A stretch of DNA of 64,000 nucleotides, from assembly GCA_965279035.1 (NCBI GenBank), contig OZ257142.1:192001-256000 (forward strand), written 5' to 3'. Source of the stretch: Bacteroidia bacterium (GTDB lineage Bacteria > Bacteroidota > Bacteroidia > M30B66). The position numbers were made by a program, and so were the translations under genes. Shown here one piece after another: positions 9,989 through 21,370 of the stretch (its first letter is position 1; each line of letters begins with the position of its first letter). The notes beneath the pieces were generated by a model that ran no database searches, was not told the origin of the DNA, and worked only from the letters and a program-made list of their open reading frames with translations.

Positions 9989-11278
9989 ATGAATCGTTCG
10001 CGCTCAGCTTTGCTTTTCGAAAAAGCTAAAACCTATTTTCCTGGTGGAGTAAATTCTCCCGTTCGTGCATTTAAATCTGTTGGCGGAACTCCCGTGTTTA
10101 TTAAGAAAGGGGATGGTTGTCGTTTGTGGGATGAAGATGGAAATGAATTCATTGATTTTTGTTTCTCTTGGGGACCAATGATTCTAGGTCACAACAATAG
10201 TAAAATCAGAGAAAAAGTCTGGGAAGCGATTCAAAATGGAACTTCTTTCGGAGCGCCTACAGCCCTAGAAAATGAATTGGCTGAACTCATCTTGAATAAT
10301 AACCGGTTTATTCAAAAAATTCGTTTTGTGAGTTCTGGAACCGAGGCTGTTATGTCGGCTATTCGATTAGCTAGAGGTGTAACTGGAAAAGATAAAATTT
10401 TAAAGTTTGAAGGTTGTTATCATGGTCATGTTGATTCCTTGCTCGTTAAGGCTGGTTCAGGTTTAATCACTTTTGGAAATTCATCATCCGCTGGAGTACC
10501 TAAAGGACTTGTAAACGACACGATTGTTATTCCACTCAATCGCATTGATTTAGTTGAAAAGGCATTTGAAGAATTTAAAGGAGAAATTGCAGCAATTATA
10601 ATTGAACCAATTCCAGCTAACAATGGATTGCTTCAAGTAAGTGCCGACTTCCTTCGATCGCTCCAAATAATAACTAAAAGAAATCAAGCCCTCTTAATCT
10701 TCGACGAAGTGATTTCGGGCTTTCGTGTTGGATTTGAAGGCGCCGCTGGTTTGTACGATATTGCTCCAGACATCATCACTTATGGAAAAATAATTGGTGG
10801 CGGTTTTCCTGTTGGAGCATATGGTGCAAGTGTCGAGATTATGAGCAATGTTTCTCCCGATGGAGCTGTATATCAAGCGGGTACATTATCGGGAAATCCA
10901 GTAGCCATGGCAGGTGGAATTGCAGCGCTTACAGAGTGCTTGAAACCCGGTTTTTATGAGCAACTTGAATTAAAAACAGAACGTTTCACCGATCGGATTT
11001 TAAGTCATACTCAAGCGAAAAAATATCCGTTTCGGATTTTTAGAACTGGATCTATATTCTGGCTTTCATTTGCCAATGAAGACATTCATGCAGCCGAAGA
11101 AATTGATCCCAAAGGCATGGATAAATTCAAAATCCTTCATGCCTATTTATTAGAAAATGGAATCTATTTCGGTCCTTCGGGATATGAAGTTGGGTTTATC
11201 TCCTCCTCTCATAGCGAGCAAGATTTAGAAATTGCCGCAAACAGAATCTGTGAAGGACTCGACCTTGCCTATTCTTAA
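9989..11278 (+). CDS. hemL: Glutamate-1-semialdehyde 2,1-aminomutase
   Basis: PGGVNSPVRAF, FEGCYHGH, FDEVISGFR, PLP lysine in GKIIGGGFPVGAY, and YQAGTLSGNP. TATCTTTG box at 9965-9972. Confidence 0.96.
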   Translation: MNRSRSALLFEKAKTYFPGGVNSPVRAFKSVGGTPVFIKKGDGCRLWDEDGNEFIDFCFSWGPMILGHNNSKIREKVWEAIQNGTSFGAPTALENELAELILNNNRFIQKIRFVSSGTEAVMSAIRLARGVTGKDKILKFEGCYHGHVDSLLVKAGSGLITFGNSSSAGVPKGLVNDTIVIPLNRIDLVEKAFEEFKGEIAAIIIEPIPANNGLLQVSADFLRSLQIITKRNQALLIFDEVISGFRVGFEGAAGLYDIAPDIITYGKIIGGGFPVGAYGASVEIMSNVSPDGAVYQAGTLSGNPVAMAGGIAALTECLKPGFYEQLELKTERFTDRILSHTQAKKYPFRIFRTGSIFWLSFANEDIHAAEEIDPKGMDKFKILHAYLLENGIYFGPSGYEVGFISSSHSEQDLEIAANRICEGLDLAYS

Positions 11279-11283
11279 GGAGC

Positions 11284-12168
11284 TTAAAACAAGTTTCCTA
11301 AAAACAGTATCCAGAAAAGTTGATCCACCATGGTTCCATCGAGCCATCCAGGATAATACATTTCAGGAGCATTTATCTCGGCTTTAGAGATAAGTAATCC
11401 TGTTGATGAACAACTAATGATTAGCGCCAAGGTTTGTCCTCCGGTATAATAGTCTAATTGAAAGCTCAATAAAGCAATAGCAGCATTGAAAACTAAGATG
11501 CTTCGGCTAAGTGTTTTCAATTTAGAAATTCCTAGCCAAGAAGCGAACGTCTTTAATCCATGTTCTTGATCATAGGCTAAATCACGAATGTCGAATGGAA
11601 GCGTGATGGCAAAAATGAACAGAAATCGTTGAAGCACTGTTAACCACACTGATTGATCTGGAAACCATGCTGAATTAATACATAAAAAGGGTAAAAAAAC
11701 AGTAACGAATGCCCATACAGCTGCTACTAAAACAATTTTTAAATAGGGAATATCTCGAAATCGGTACCAAGTATTTCCCCTTTTCCAAAGTGGAATTACG
11801 TAAAGTAGCGCAATGAATAAAAACGGACTTGCCCGTAAAAAAAGCTGTTCTGTTAGAAATGGAAGAAAAGAAAAGATTGAGAGCGCACATCCCGAAATTG
11901 CTAAAAGACGCAGTTGAAGATGGTGTTCCAAAATCCACTGTTGGCGTTCGGAAATCTGACTTTTATAAATTGCTTTCTTTCGAAAAAGACGATGGTAATT
12001 ATAAATGAACAAGGTTGCTCCTGCAATTCCAGCAAATATTCTTGGTGAAAATGGAATTTGATGAAGACAGGTTGTTACCCAGTACAAACTCGCTGCACAG
12101 AGCGATATCCATATGTTTCCAAAAACAACAAACCGGATGATTTTCGATAGCCAACCCGGAATTTGCAT
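11284..12168 (-). CDS. UbiA prenyltransferase-like membrane protein
   Basis: Multiple TM helices and an Asp-rich motif FDIRDLAYDQEHGLKT. Confidence 0.7.
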   Translation of the reverse strand: MQIPGWLSKIIRFVVFGNIWISLCAASLYWVTTCLHQIPFSPRIFAGIAGATLFIYNYHRLFRKKAIYKSQISERQQWILEHHLQLRLLAISGCALSIFSFLPFLTEQLFLRASPFLFIALLYVIPLWKRGNTWYRFRDIPYLKIVLVAAVWAFVTVFLPFLCINSAWFPDQSVWLTVLQRFLFIFAITLPFDIRDLAYDQEHGLKTFASWLGISKLKTLSRSILVFNAAIALLSFQLDYYTGGQTLALIISCSSTGLLISKAEINAPEMYYPGWLDGTMVDQLFWILFLGNLF

Positions 12169-12170
12169 GG

Positions 12171-12788
12171 TTAATTTAAAACCAATGTTAGCGTAACTGT
12201 ACCTAAAATAAATCCTGCCATTGAGCCAGCAAAACTTCGACGTGTTACCATACGTTTTGCCGTTGTTCCAAATCCCTCTTTATAATACTCATTACTTAGA
12301 TAGACTGGATTATAGCCATTCTTTTGTGTGAATTTGGGGAGTTGATATCCTTTCCAGCTAGTATAGGCGATAACGAAAAGTGGACTGTAAGGAAAGCCTG
12401 CTGCCGAACCTCCAAAACCAAAAAGCACTCCTCCTCCACCCGCTTTGGTTGCCTGATTCCTATATCCTTTGCGAGCATCTTGTTGTCCTAAAATGTAAAA
12501 GGACATTTGTTCTGCCGTATACCAATTGTTTTCAAGTGTGTCTTGTACATAAACTACTTGCTCTGGTTTTCCAGGAGAACGAACAGAAAATACTTTGTCA
12601 ATCTCTATTTTCTTTTCACGATTTCTTCCTACTTTCTTGAAATAAACCATTTCTCCTTCAACACGAAAAGAACTAATCAATTTTGAAGGTCTGTCTATCA
12701 ATATTAGCGTATCCTGAGCTAATAATTTAGAACTTGGAAAAACCAAACTGAGCAGGATCAAACAGAACAACTGAACCGAATGTTTCAT
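12171..12788 (-). CDS. Hypothetical exported/membrane protein
   Basis: Signal peptide ending LAQD, with hydrophobic C-terminal segments. 2 nt from the next gene. Confidence 0.7.
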   Translation of the reverse strand: MKHSVQLFCLILLSLVFPSSKLLAQDTLILIDRPSKLISSFRVEGEMVYFKKVGRNREKKIEIDKVFSVRSPGKPEQVVYVQDTLENNWYTAEQMSFYILGQQDARKGYRNQATKAGGGGVLFGFGGSAAGFPYSPLFVIAYTSWKGYQLPKFTQKNGYNPVYLSNEYYKEGFGTTAKRMVTRRSFAGSMAGFILGTVTLTLVLN

Positions 12789-12939
12789 AGGATTATTTAG
12801 AACTTCAAACCTAAAGTATTTTATTGCTCATCCAAACAACATTTTGGATGGATTACAACTCTTTGCTGGTTCAAATGTTTGTATTTTCGCGTGCCATTTC
12901 GGCAACCTGAATTACAAACTGCTAAACGGAAAATTATTC

Positions 12940-15822
12940 ATGATTCGTGATTTTGAATCCCGTCATATCGGGCCTAATGCTGCCGAAACGGCACATATGC
13001 TTCAAGCTATCGGTGTAAACAGCTTGGATGAACTCATCGATAATACGGTGCCTTCCTCTATACGCCGAACTGATACAATGAACATTTCTCCGGCTTTGTC
13101 GGAATACGAATATTTACAGCACATACGTACACTTGGTGCAAAAAATAAAGTTTTCAAAACGTATATTGGATTAGGTTATTACAATGTAATCACCCCTTCC
13201 GTTATTCAACGAACTATTTTTGAAAACCCAGGCTGGTACACAGCTTATACTCCTTATCAAGCCGAAATTGCTCAAGGTCGATTAGAAGCACTGTTGAATT
13301 TCCAAACTATGGTGATGGATTTAACAGGAATGAAGCTAGCCAATGCTTCTCTATTAGACGAAGCTACGGCTGCAGCAGAAGCTATGCACATGTTTTATTC
13401 GATGCGAAATCGTGATCAAGTGAAAGCGAATGCCAATATTTTGTTCGTTTCTGATCAGTGCTTTCCTCAAACTATTGAACTGCTAAAAACACGGTCTGCT
13501 CCTATCGGAATTGAACTTCAAATTGGAAATCATGCCGAATTGGTTTGGAATAATCAGATTTTCGGTGCTGTATTACAATATCCAAATGCAAGTGGAGAAA
13601 TTCACGATTACAGTGCATTTACTGCAGAAGCCAAAAAACACAATGCCTATGTGTGTGCTTGTGCCGATTTAATGAGTTTAGTGCTATTAACTCCTCCTGG
13701 AGAATGGGGTGCTGATTGTGTAGTTGGTTCAACTCAACGCTTTGGTGTTCCAATGGGTTATGGTGGTCCACATGCCGCCTATTTCGCTACACACGAAGAT
13801 TTTAAACGAAATATACCAGGACGTATTATTGGTGTTTCGGTCGATTCACATGGAAATCCTGCGCTCCGTATGGCGCTACAAACACGTGAACAGCATATCA
13901 AACGCGATAAAGCCACCTCGAATATTTGTACAGCTCAAGCTTTATTGGCAATCATGGCTTCGATGTATGCTGTATATCATGGTCCTGATGGATTAAAACG
14001 CATTGCGAATAAAATTCATTCTGCTACAAGGCATCTTTCCAATCGACTAACAAGTCTTGGTTTTGAGGTAAAAACAAATCAGTATTTCGATACAATTCGT
14101 GTTGGTTTAAACGAATTATGTTCTCAAGAACTTTTGAATAAACGAGCCATTCAACGAGAAATCAATCTTCGTTACGAAGAAAATGGCGACGTTACTTTAA
14201 CGCTCGATGAAACTACTTCTCAATCGGATGTCAAAGCGCTTTTGGATCTCTTTGCAGGTGCAGCAGGGAAAGAATCTGGGAATATTGATGCGATTTCTTT
14301 TGTCCCATTTTGGGATCATTTTTCACGCAGTTCAGAAATTCTAAAAGACCGCGTTTTTAATAGTTATCATTCTGAAACAGAGATGATGCGTTATATTAAA
14401 AAACTCGAAAACAAAGATTTGGCATTAAATCATTCGATGATTTCTCTTGGTTCATGCACCATGAAACTCAATGCCGCTTCTGAATTAATTCCATTAAGCT
14501 TTCCAGAATTTGCCAATCTGCATCCCTTTATTCCTGTTGATCAAGCCGAAGGCTATCAAGAACTTTTCCGTGAGTTAAGCAGCGATCTATGTCAAGCTAC
14601 TGGTTTTGCAGCTGTTTCTTTGCAACCAAATTCTGGTGCTCAAGGCGAATATGCAGGATTGATGGCTATTCGTGCGTATCATCTAAGTCGTGGTGATAGT
14701 CATCGTGATATAGCACTAATTCCTTCTTCAGCTCATGGTACTAATCCTGCATCGGCTGTTATGGCTGGTATGGAAGTAATTGTTGTAAAATGCGATGAAA
14801 ATGGAAATGTGGATATCACTGATTTAAAATCCAAAGCAATCCAATATAGCAATCGACTATCAGCTTTGATGGTAACCTATCCTTCAACTCATGGCGTTTT
14901 TGAAGAAGGCATCCGTGAAATTACTAGCATTATTCACGAAAATGGCGGCTTAGTTTATATGGATGGTGCTAATATGAATGCTCAAGTTGGCCTAACAAGT
15001 CCTGGTACGATTGGAGCAGATGTTTGTCACCTCAACTTACATAAAACCTTTGCAATTCCGCATGGTGGAGGCGGTCCAGGAGTTGGCCCTATTGGCGTAA
15101 ATGAGAAATTAGCACCTTTCCTTCCAGGGCATTCTTTAATTAAAACTGGGGGCAACAAAGCAATTACCGCTATTTCGGCTAGCCCATTTGGAAGTTCGTT
15201 GATATTACTAGTTTCCTATGCGTATATCAAAATGCTTGGACCTGATGGTTTAACAAATGCCACTCGGTATGCGATTCTCAATGCCAATTACCTAAAATCA
15301 AAATTAGAAGCTCATTATCCGGTTCTCTACAAAGGAAGTCATGGATGTGTTGCTCATGAAATGATATTGGATTGTCGGGAGTTCAAACGTACCAGCCATG
15401 TAGAAGTTGGTGATATAGCGAAACGTTTGATGGACTATGGTTATCATGCTCCAACGATATCTTTCCCAGTACCAGGAACAATCATGATTGAACCTACTGA
15501 AAGCGAAGGACTTGCCGAATTGAATCAGTTTGCAGAAGCGATGATTTCGATTCGTAAAGAAATAGCTGAAATTGAATCAGGTAGTGCTGATGCCGAAAAC
15601 AATGTGATTGTTAATGCTCCTCATACTGCAACATCGGTAATAAGTGATTCATGGAGCAAACCATATAGCCGTGAAAAAGCAGCTTATCCATTGAAATGGG
15701 TTGCTGAAAACAAATTCTGGCCAAGTGTTGGAAAAGTAGACAATGCTTATGGCGATAGAAATCTTGTTTGTAGTTGTACTCCAATTGAAGCATATGCTCA
15801 ATCGACGCTCGCGGTAGAATAA
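12940..15822 (+). CDS. gcvP: Glycine dehydrogenase (decarboxylating), P protein
   Basis: [44 protein letters not shown] and [18 protein letters not shown]. Start at [12 protein letters not shown]. Confidence 0.97.
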   Translation: MIRDFESRHIGPNAAETAHMLQAIGVNSLDELIDNTVPSSIRRTDTMNISPALSEYEYLQHIRTLGAKNKVFKTYIGLGYYNVITPSVIQRTIFENPGWYTAYTPYQAEIAQGRLEALLNFQTMVMDLTGMKLANASLLDEATAAAEAMHMFYSMRNRDQVKANANILFVSDQCFPQTIELLKTRSAPIGIELQIGNHAELVWNNQIFGAVLQYPNASGEIHDYSAFTAEAKKHNAYVCACADLMSLVLLTPPGEWGADCVVGSTQRFGVPMGYGGPHAAYFATHEDFKRNIPGRIIGVSVDSHGNPALRMALQTREQHIKRDKATSNICTAQALLAIMASMYAVYHGPDGLKRIANKIHSATRHLSNRLTSLGFEVKTNQYFDTIRVGLNELCSQELLNKRAIQREINLRYEENGDVTLTLDETTSQSDVKALLDLFAGAAGKESGNIDAISFVPFWDHFSRSSEILKDRVFNSYHSETEMMRYIKKLENKDLALNHSMISLGSCTMKLNAASELIPLSFPEFANLHPFIPVDQAEGYQELFRELSSDLCQATGFAAVSLQPNSGAQGEYAGLMAIRAYHLSRGDSHRDIALIPSSAHGTNPASAVMAGMEVIVVKCDENGNVDITDLKSKAIQYSNRLSALMVTYPSTHGVFEEGIREITSIIHENGGLVYMDGANMNAQVGLTSPGTIGADVCHLNLHKTFAIPHGGGGPGVGPIGVNEKLAPFLPGHSLIKTGGNKAITAISASPFGSSLILLVSYAYIKMLGPDGLTNATRYAILNANYLKSKLEAHYPVLYKGSHGCVAHEMILDCREFKRTSHVEVGDIAKRLMDYGYHAPTISFPVPGTIMIEPTESEGLAELNQFAEAMISIRKEIAEIESGSADAENNVIVNAPHTATSVISDSWSKPYSREKAAYPLKWVAENKFWPSVGKVDNAYGDRNLVCSCTPIEAYAQSTLAVE

Positions 15823-16004
15823 TACAATACCAATTCAATTTATAACTCGGTTGTATATCAAGCGATAAGCGGGTTTTTTTGTTCTAATAAAGAAATTGGG
15901 ATTTGAACATATTAATTCTATTTTTGCCCTCTGTCTTATAACCTCAAAAAAAGGGTCTTAAGATTTTTGCCAAGGATTCACAATCAACACATAAACAACC
16001 ACAC

Positions 16005-17828
16005 ATGAACTCTAAACTTTTACTTGCCATGTTCTTGGGTGCGTCTGCTACGCTGAGCGCTCAAAATGCTAGTACGCAGTCTGTACGAGCGAACACAACC
16101 AAAAAGAACTCGTATGTTCACCAACATGCAGCTCATTCTTCAAATTCATCTACAAACAGAGTTGACATTTGGTCTAACGACTTTTCAAACGCTGCAGATT
16201 GGGTAATCTCTAATGAAGTAGGAAATTCTAGTAACTGGAGTATCGGGACAACTGCTCCAAACGGGTCTTTCCCTATTACAGCCATTGCTTCAACATCAGC
16301 GGCTAATGGTTTTGCCCTTTTCGATTCTGATCTAGATTGTTCACACAATCAAATTGCTGATTTGACAACAGCAAATTCAATTGACTGTTCAGCTTTCCCA
16401 GCTGTAGTTCTTGAATTCCAACAACAATATCGTCGTTTTGATGATTCTACCTTTGTTTTTGTATCGAATGATGGTGGTACAAACTGGGTGAAATACACAG
16501 TAAACGGTTCATTAACAAACAACGATGCAACTGCAACTAATCCTGATATTGCAAAAGTAAATATCACACCAACAGCTGGAGGACAAGCAAACGTTAAAGT
16601 TCGTTTCCAGTTTTGGAGTCCTGCTACTTATACAACAGGAATTGCAGGAGCGCCTGGTTGTGCTTATGCTTGGATGATAGATGATGTTAAATTAGCTACT
16701 CCTCCAGATTATGAGTTAATGGTAAACACAGTATACCATGGTGATCCATACGATCATTTTGAATATGGTACTTATCCATTGCTTCAAGTTGATACAGTTC
16801 GCGTAGTTGCAATTGTTCGTAACGAAGGAGCTCTTGCTCAACAAGCTACAGTGAATTATACTGTAACTCGTGGAGCAACTACAGTAAATAGTGGCTCATC
16901 TGCTTCATTTGTAATTCAACCATTTACAAATGATACAGTTATCGTAAGTACTGCTTATGTTCCAGATGCTGTAGGTAACTATTCTGTTGCTGCAACAGTT
17001 TCATCTGCAAATACTGATTTTGATCCTTCCAACAATGCTGGTTCTTCTGACTTCGTAGTATCTCAATACATTTATTCAGGTCTTACTAGCTTAACAGGTG
17101 TTTCTGCATTAACTTTCTCAGGTGCTGGTCCTACTATTTTTGATGCAAGTAAAATTGCTCATCAATATTTGATGATTAATGATGCTCCTTGTAAAGCGAT
17201 TGATATTGCAGTTTCATCACTTTCTGATGACATCAGCTTAATTATTGAACTTTTTGATGCTGCTGATCTTAACGTAGCTCTTTCTGTAGGTGATTTTAGT
17301 ATCACTTCAACTCATCCTACAACAGCTCAATACTTTACCATTCTTTTAGATGAACAAAATTTAACTGCTGGTAATGTTTATGTTGCTTCTGTTGGATCTG
17401 AAGCAACTGATAAGAAATTTGATTTCTATGGTATTGATGGTGACCCTGATGATGCAACACTTGTTAATGTACCTGATGATAATGGAGTATTAACTTGGTT
17501 CCGTACTGACCTTACTCCTGCTGTAAACCTTAACTTCAATCCATCTGTTGGCATTGCTGATGTTAATGCTTCTCCAGTAAGTGTTAATGTTTATCCAAAT
17601 CCAGCTAATGATCAAATTTCTTGGAACGTTAAACTTCAGAATTCTACTTCTATGAATATCAGTTTAATTGATATTAATGGTAAAGTTGTATTCAACAAAA
17701 CTGTAAAAGGAAAAGTTGCTTCTTATTCTGATACATTGAATGTTTCTGAATTTGCAAATGGAGTTTATACACTTCAAGTTAAATCAAACGAAACAACAAA
17801 CTCTCAGAAAATAGTGATTGCTCACTAA
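16005..17828 (+). CDS. Secreted protein with T9SS type A sorting domain
   Basis: Signal peptide and C-terminal VYPNPAND...NGVYTLQV...KIVIAH. Beta-rich body. TATTTTTG box at 15919-15926. Confidence 0.88.
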   Translation: MNSKLLLAMFLGASATLSAQNASTQSVRANTTKKNSYVHQHAAHSSNSSTNRVDIWSNDFSNAADWVISNEVGNSSNWSIGTTAPNGSFPITAIASTSAANGFALFDSDLDCSHNQIADLTTANSIDCSAFPAVVLEFQQQYRRFDDSTFVFVSNDGGTNWVKYTVNGSLTNNDATATNPDIAKVNITPTAGGQANVKVRFQFWSPATYTTGIAGAPGCAYAWMIDDVKLATPPDYELMVNTVYHGDPYDHFEYGTYPLLQVDTVRVVAIVRNEGALAQQATVNYTVTRGATTVNSGSSASFVIQPFTNDTVIVSTAYVPDAVGNYSVAATVSSANTDFDPSNNAGSSDFVVSQYIYSGLTSLTGVSALTFSGAGPTIFDASKIAHQYLMINDAPCKAIDIAVSSLSDDISLIIELFDAADLNVALSVGDFSITSTHPTTAQYFTILLDEQNLTAGNVYVASVGSEATDKKFDFYGIDGDPDDATLVNVPDDNGVLTWFRTDLTPAVNLNFNPSVGIADVNASPVSVNVYPNPANDQISWNVKLQNSTSMNISLIDINGKVVFNKTVKGKVASYSDTLNVSEFANGVYTLQVKSNETTNSQKIVIAH

Positions 17829-17847
17829 TTTTTTCTAAGAAAAATTT

Positions 17848-17881
17848 AAAACCCCTTAAGTTTGCGCTTAAGGGGTTTTTT
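17848..17881 (+). terminator. Intrinsic terminator
   Basis: AAAACCCCTTAAG-TTTGCG-CTTAAGGGGTTTTTT. Confidence 0.88.
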
Positions 17882-17898
17882 AATTTATCCTTCTATAC

Positions 17899-18819
17899 AT
17901 GCGCTTTCTGATTTTTGTTTTTTCTTCTGTTTTGTTTTGTAGCTCAATGCTTGCCCAAACAGCTACTGATACAATCAACGATTTTTTCCAAGTTAATGGT
18001 GCAACGCTTATTGAAAGTCCCAATGGAGGTTATGTTTCTGGCACGAATGGGTATAAAGACTCAGAAAAACTTCAAGCGTTTTTTCCTTATAAATCATATA
18101 GTATTCTAGGTGCATTTGTATGGACTGGAAAAAAGGTTTTTAATTCTGCAAATTCTAATTCGAGGATTTGTTTGAAAGTAAAAAACTTCGATACTACAAC
18201 CGTAAGCACTTTTCCATTCATGAAAGGAATTGGCTCAACCATAGATTCGGCTTGGTATGCTTTATCCGAAAGTAATCCTGTGCTTTCGTTTGATGCAGGT
18301 TTAAAATATTATCCTTTTTCATCCCCAATTCTTATTAATAGTTTCTATGCTTTGGGAATTTCTTTCGATAGTCTTGCACAAGATTCAGAAGGAAATTTAC
18401 TCGATAGTATTGCCATTTTCAGTTCTGCAATGGATAGTGTTTCATTTCCTAATATGAGCTGGGAAAAATGGAACGGGAACTACAAACGAATTGCAGATAC
18501 CTGGGGCTTTGATATTGATTTGGCTTTATTTCCAGTAATTGATTCTACGCTTAACTTCAATGAAAAAATAATGAGCCAAGAAATAGCTGTATATCCTAAT
18601 CCGGCGAATCAAACACTTTCTTTTTCAATACCAAGCAATCAAAAAAATCTTGTCTTATCTGTCTATTCAATGGATGGAAAACTTGTAATAAATAAAAATT
18701 GTTTCGACTTACTTTCAACTCAAACAATTGATACAACACCTTTTACAAATGGAATCTATTTTCTCCGAATTCAGAATGAACATTGGATTGGATTAGCACC
18801 ATTTACTATTTCTCATTAA
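17899..18819 (+). CDS. Secreted protein with T9SS type A sorting domain
   Basis: Signal peptide and C-terminal VYPNPANQ...NGIYFLRI. Confidence 0.85.
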   Translation: MRFLIFVFSSVLFCSSMLAQTATDTINDFFQVNGATLIESPNGGYVSGTNGYKDSEKLQAFFPYKSYSILGAFVWTGKKVFNSANSNSRICLKVKNFDTTTVSTFPFMKGIGSTIDSAWYALSESNPVLSFDAGLKYYPFSSPILINSFYALGISFDSLAQDSEGNLLDSIAIFSSAMDSVSFPNMSWEKWNGNYKRIADTWGFDIDLALFPVIDSTLNFNEKIMSQEIAVYPNPANQTLSFSIPSNQKNLVLSVYSMDGKLVINKNCFDLLSTQTIDTTPFTNGIYFLRIQNEHWIGLAPFTISH

Positions 18820-18899
18820 ATTTTTTTCATTGTATTTTTATAATTGAATATTTCAATAACTTGTTGTTCTCTATTTTTTAATGCAAGAACCCAATTTTC

Positions 18900-20099
18900 A
18901 TGAAGAGATTAATACTCCCTGCCTTTGCCATTATTTGCTCCCTTACCGCTTTTGGACAGCAAATCAACAATCCTTCTACTTCAATGGAACGCTTCCGTGT
19001 TTCTCAAGAAGAAGTGAATGCTCTAAAACAAGCTCATTCCGGCTCAGTTGATCGTTCAGATATAACTTTATATGTCGATTATCCTGCGGATGATGAGATA
19101 GAACAAGGAACTGGCACAAATACGAACTTTCTTTGGACGTTCAACAGTAACTACTCTGCTGCCTCTGATACGGATATTGTTCCTATCAATTTTATTGGTG
19201 TTCGTTTGCTCAATTTAACTGGATACACCGATCCACTTCAAGACCCGATTCAAACATATGCAGGTCCTTATCCTTATCCAAACAGTTTGACCGTTACTGT
19301 CGACAGTATCTTTATGTTGATGGCACATGAAAATAATACGGGTACTGAAAATAAATTCTATGTTGATTTAAGACAATTATCAGCAACTGGTGGATTTTCA
19401 AACTCACTTCCAACTGTATGGTCCGATTCAATTGTAACAACTACTTCACTTTCACCAAGTGGAAATTGGCTAGGAACTAATGCCCTTTATTCTTTAGCTA
19501 TGCCTGTAGGCTATACCACCAATGCGAATCAAAAAATCGGAATCGGACTTCGATACATCGCCCCTAAATTGGATACCCTTGGCATTCTTGCTTCTTATAT
19601 ATCTAATCCAAACGGGCCAGCATCTCCAAATGATTACGCAATGAAATCTAAATTTCCGTATTCAGTTGTTCGATGGGAAGGCTTTTCAGGTGGAAATTTT
19701 ATAGGTACATCCAATATCTTTTACAATTTTGCCCAAGGACAAACCGATACCTCTTATTTCAAAGCACAAAACTGGCAAATATGGGCTTTGCTCACTTTTA
19801 CTGATGTTACAGGGATTAAAGAACAAATTAAAGTTCCTTTAAACGCCGGTCAAAATCAACCAAATCCATTTCAATCAAACAGTCAATTCCGTTATACGAT
19901 TTCGACTCCTCAATTAATTAATCTGGTGATATATGATTTGAATGGTCGCCGTGTTCGTTCAAATAATTTAGGCTTCAAAACTCAAGGAGATTATCAAGCA
20001 GATCTTACTGCCGATGATTTAGAATCGGGCACTTATTTTTACCGACTTGAAGGAAGTAAGAGCCAATCTACAATGAATAAAATGGTTGTAGTTCATTAA
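18900..20099 (+). CDS. Secreted protein with T9SS type A sorting domain
   Basis: Signal peptide and C-terminal QNQPNPF...SGTYFYRL...KMVVVH. Confidence 0.85.
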   Translation: MKRLILPAFAIICSLTAFGQQINNPSTSMERFRVSQEEVNALKQAHSGSVDRSDITLYVDYPADDEIEQGTGTNTNFLWTFNSNYSAASDTDIVPINFIGVRLLNLTGYTDPLQDPIQTYAGPYPYPNSLTVTVDSIFMLMAHENNTGTENKFYVDLRQLSATGGFSNSLPTVWSDSIVTTTSLSPSGNWLGTNALYSLAMPVGYTTNANQKIGIGLRYIAPKLDTLGILASYISNPNGPASPNDYAMKSKFPYSVVRWEGFSGGNFIGTSNIFYNFAQGQTDTSYFKAQNWQIWALLTFTDVTGIKEQIKVPLNAGQNQPNPFQSNSQFRYTISTPQLINLVIYDLNGRRVRSNNLGFKTQGDYQADLTADDLESGTYFYRLEGSKSQSTMNKMVVVH

Positions 20100-20121
20100 T
20101 TAACTCGATAAAGCATTTTTG

Positions 20122-20151
20122 AAACCCGTTGTATTTCGCAGCGGGTTTTTT
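20122..20151. terminator. Terminator between convergent genes
   Basis: AAACCCGTTG-TATTTCG-CAGCGGGTTTTTT. Confidence 0.75.
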
Positions 20152-21370
20152 ATTTTATATATAGAAGTGAACTATCACCATAACTCAAAAAACGATAGCC
20201 ATGGTGCAAAGCATATTCATACACTCGTTTCCATTCACTCCCTATACAGGCACTTACCAATAGCAACAATGTGCTTTGGGGTTGATGAAAGTTTGTAATA
20301 ATTGCATCGATGGTTCTGATTTGATAACCCGGTGCAATTATAATTTGTGTTTCTCCCTTTAAGAAATTCAAACTCCTTTCTTTCATCTGCCTTGCAAGAA
20401 ACAAAAATGCCTCTTTTCTGTTTGGCAATTCAGCCGATTCGAATTCATATGGATCCCATTGTTTTACTTGGATTCCAAATTCCGAATCAGGAAATTTCAT
20501 CAATCGTACTGCTGTCCAATAAATACTTTCAAGTGTTCTTAATGTGGTTGTTCCTACAGCAACTATTTTTCCTTTACTGGTGGCAATGGATTCAATTAAA
20601 TTGAAATTTGCTATTACCTCTTCCGAATGCATAACATGATCATTCATCCGATCTGCCTTGACTGGTTTAAATGTTCCTGCACCTACATGTAATGTGAGAC
20701 ATTGACAATCGACTCCAGCTATTTTCAAAGAATCTAACACTTCTTGTGTAAAGTGCAAACCTGCAGTAGGAGCTGCAACGGAACCTTTTTCATTTGCATA
20801 AACAGTTTGATAACGGCTCTTATCTTCTTCTTCAACTGCACGTTTCAAATAAGGTGGAAGCGGCAATAAACCAGCGGAATCTAAAATATCAGCAAAGCAA
20901 ATCTGATCTCCAGTCCATTCAAAAAGAATAACATAACCATCTTCCTTTCTTTCAATCTGACTCAATCGAAGCAGTTCACTCGACTGAAATTGGATTTCTA
21001 AAACTTCCTCTGGCTTCCATTTTTTAGCATTCCCAACATAGCAAAACCATGTTGCTGTTTCCTTCTGAAGCATTGCTTCTGGAATACTAATCAAGCCATT
21101 GGGTTCTAAACAAAAAACCTCAATCCATGCTCCGGTTTTCGTTTGTAGTTTAAGTCTCGCTTGAACAACGCGCGTTTGATTAAAAATCAGCAAATCGCCT
21201 TTTTCAAAATAGTTTGTTATTTGAGGAAATTGGGCGTCTTGAATTTCCCCTTCCTTATAAACCAATAAACGAGATGAATCCCTTTCCTTCAAAGGAAACT
21301 TGGCTATCTTTTCATCGGGTAGCTCATACGTAAAATCAGATATTGATATCGTTCTAGGATGAATGTTCAT
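20150..21370 (-). CDS. queA: S-adenosylmethionine:tRNA ribosyltransferase-isomerase
   Basis: PLPPYLKR, YQTVYA, GSVAAPTAGLHFT, TLHVGAGTFKPV, TNFHQPQSTLL and YRFLSYGD motifs. Confidence 0.95.
   Translation of the reverse strand: MNIHPRTISISDFTYELPDEKIAKFPLKERDSSRLLVYKEGEIQDAQFPQITNYFEKGDLLIFNQTRVVQARLKLQTKTGAWIEVFCLEPNGLISIPEAMLQKETATWFCYVGNAKKWKPEEVLEIQFQSSELLRLSQIERKEDGYVILFEWTGDQICFADILDSAGLLPLPPYLKRAVEEEDKSRYQTVYANEKGSVAAPTAGLHFTQEVLDSLKIAGVDCQCLTLHVGAGTFKPVKADRMNDHVMHSEEVIANFNLIESIATSKGKIVAVGTTTLRTLESIYWTAVRLMKFPDSEFGIQVKQWDPYEFESAELPNRKEAFLFLARQMKERSLNFLKGETQIIIAPGYQIRTIDAIITNFHQPQSTLLLLVSACIGSEWKRVYEYALHHGYRFLSYGDSSLLYIK

Noticed and set aside
12790-12939. Glycine riboswitch upstream of gcvP
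   Set aside because: No GGAGA...CCGAAG...CTCTCAGG aptamer elements are visible in the short intergenic region.
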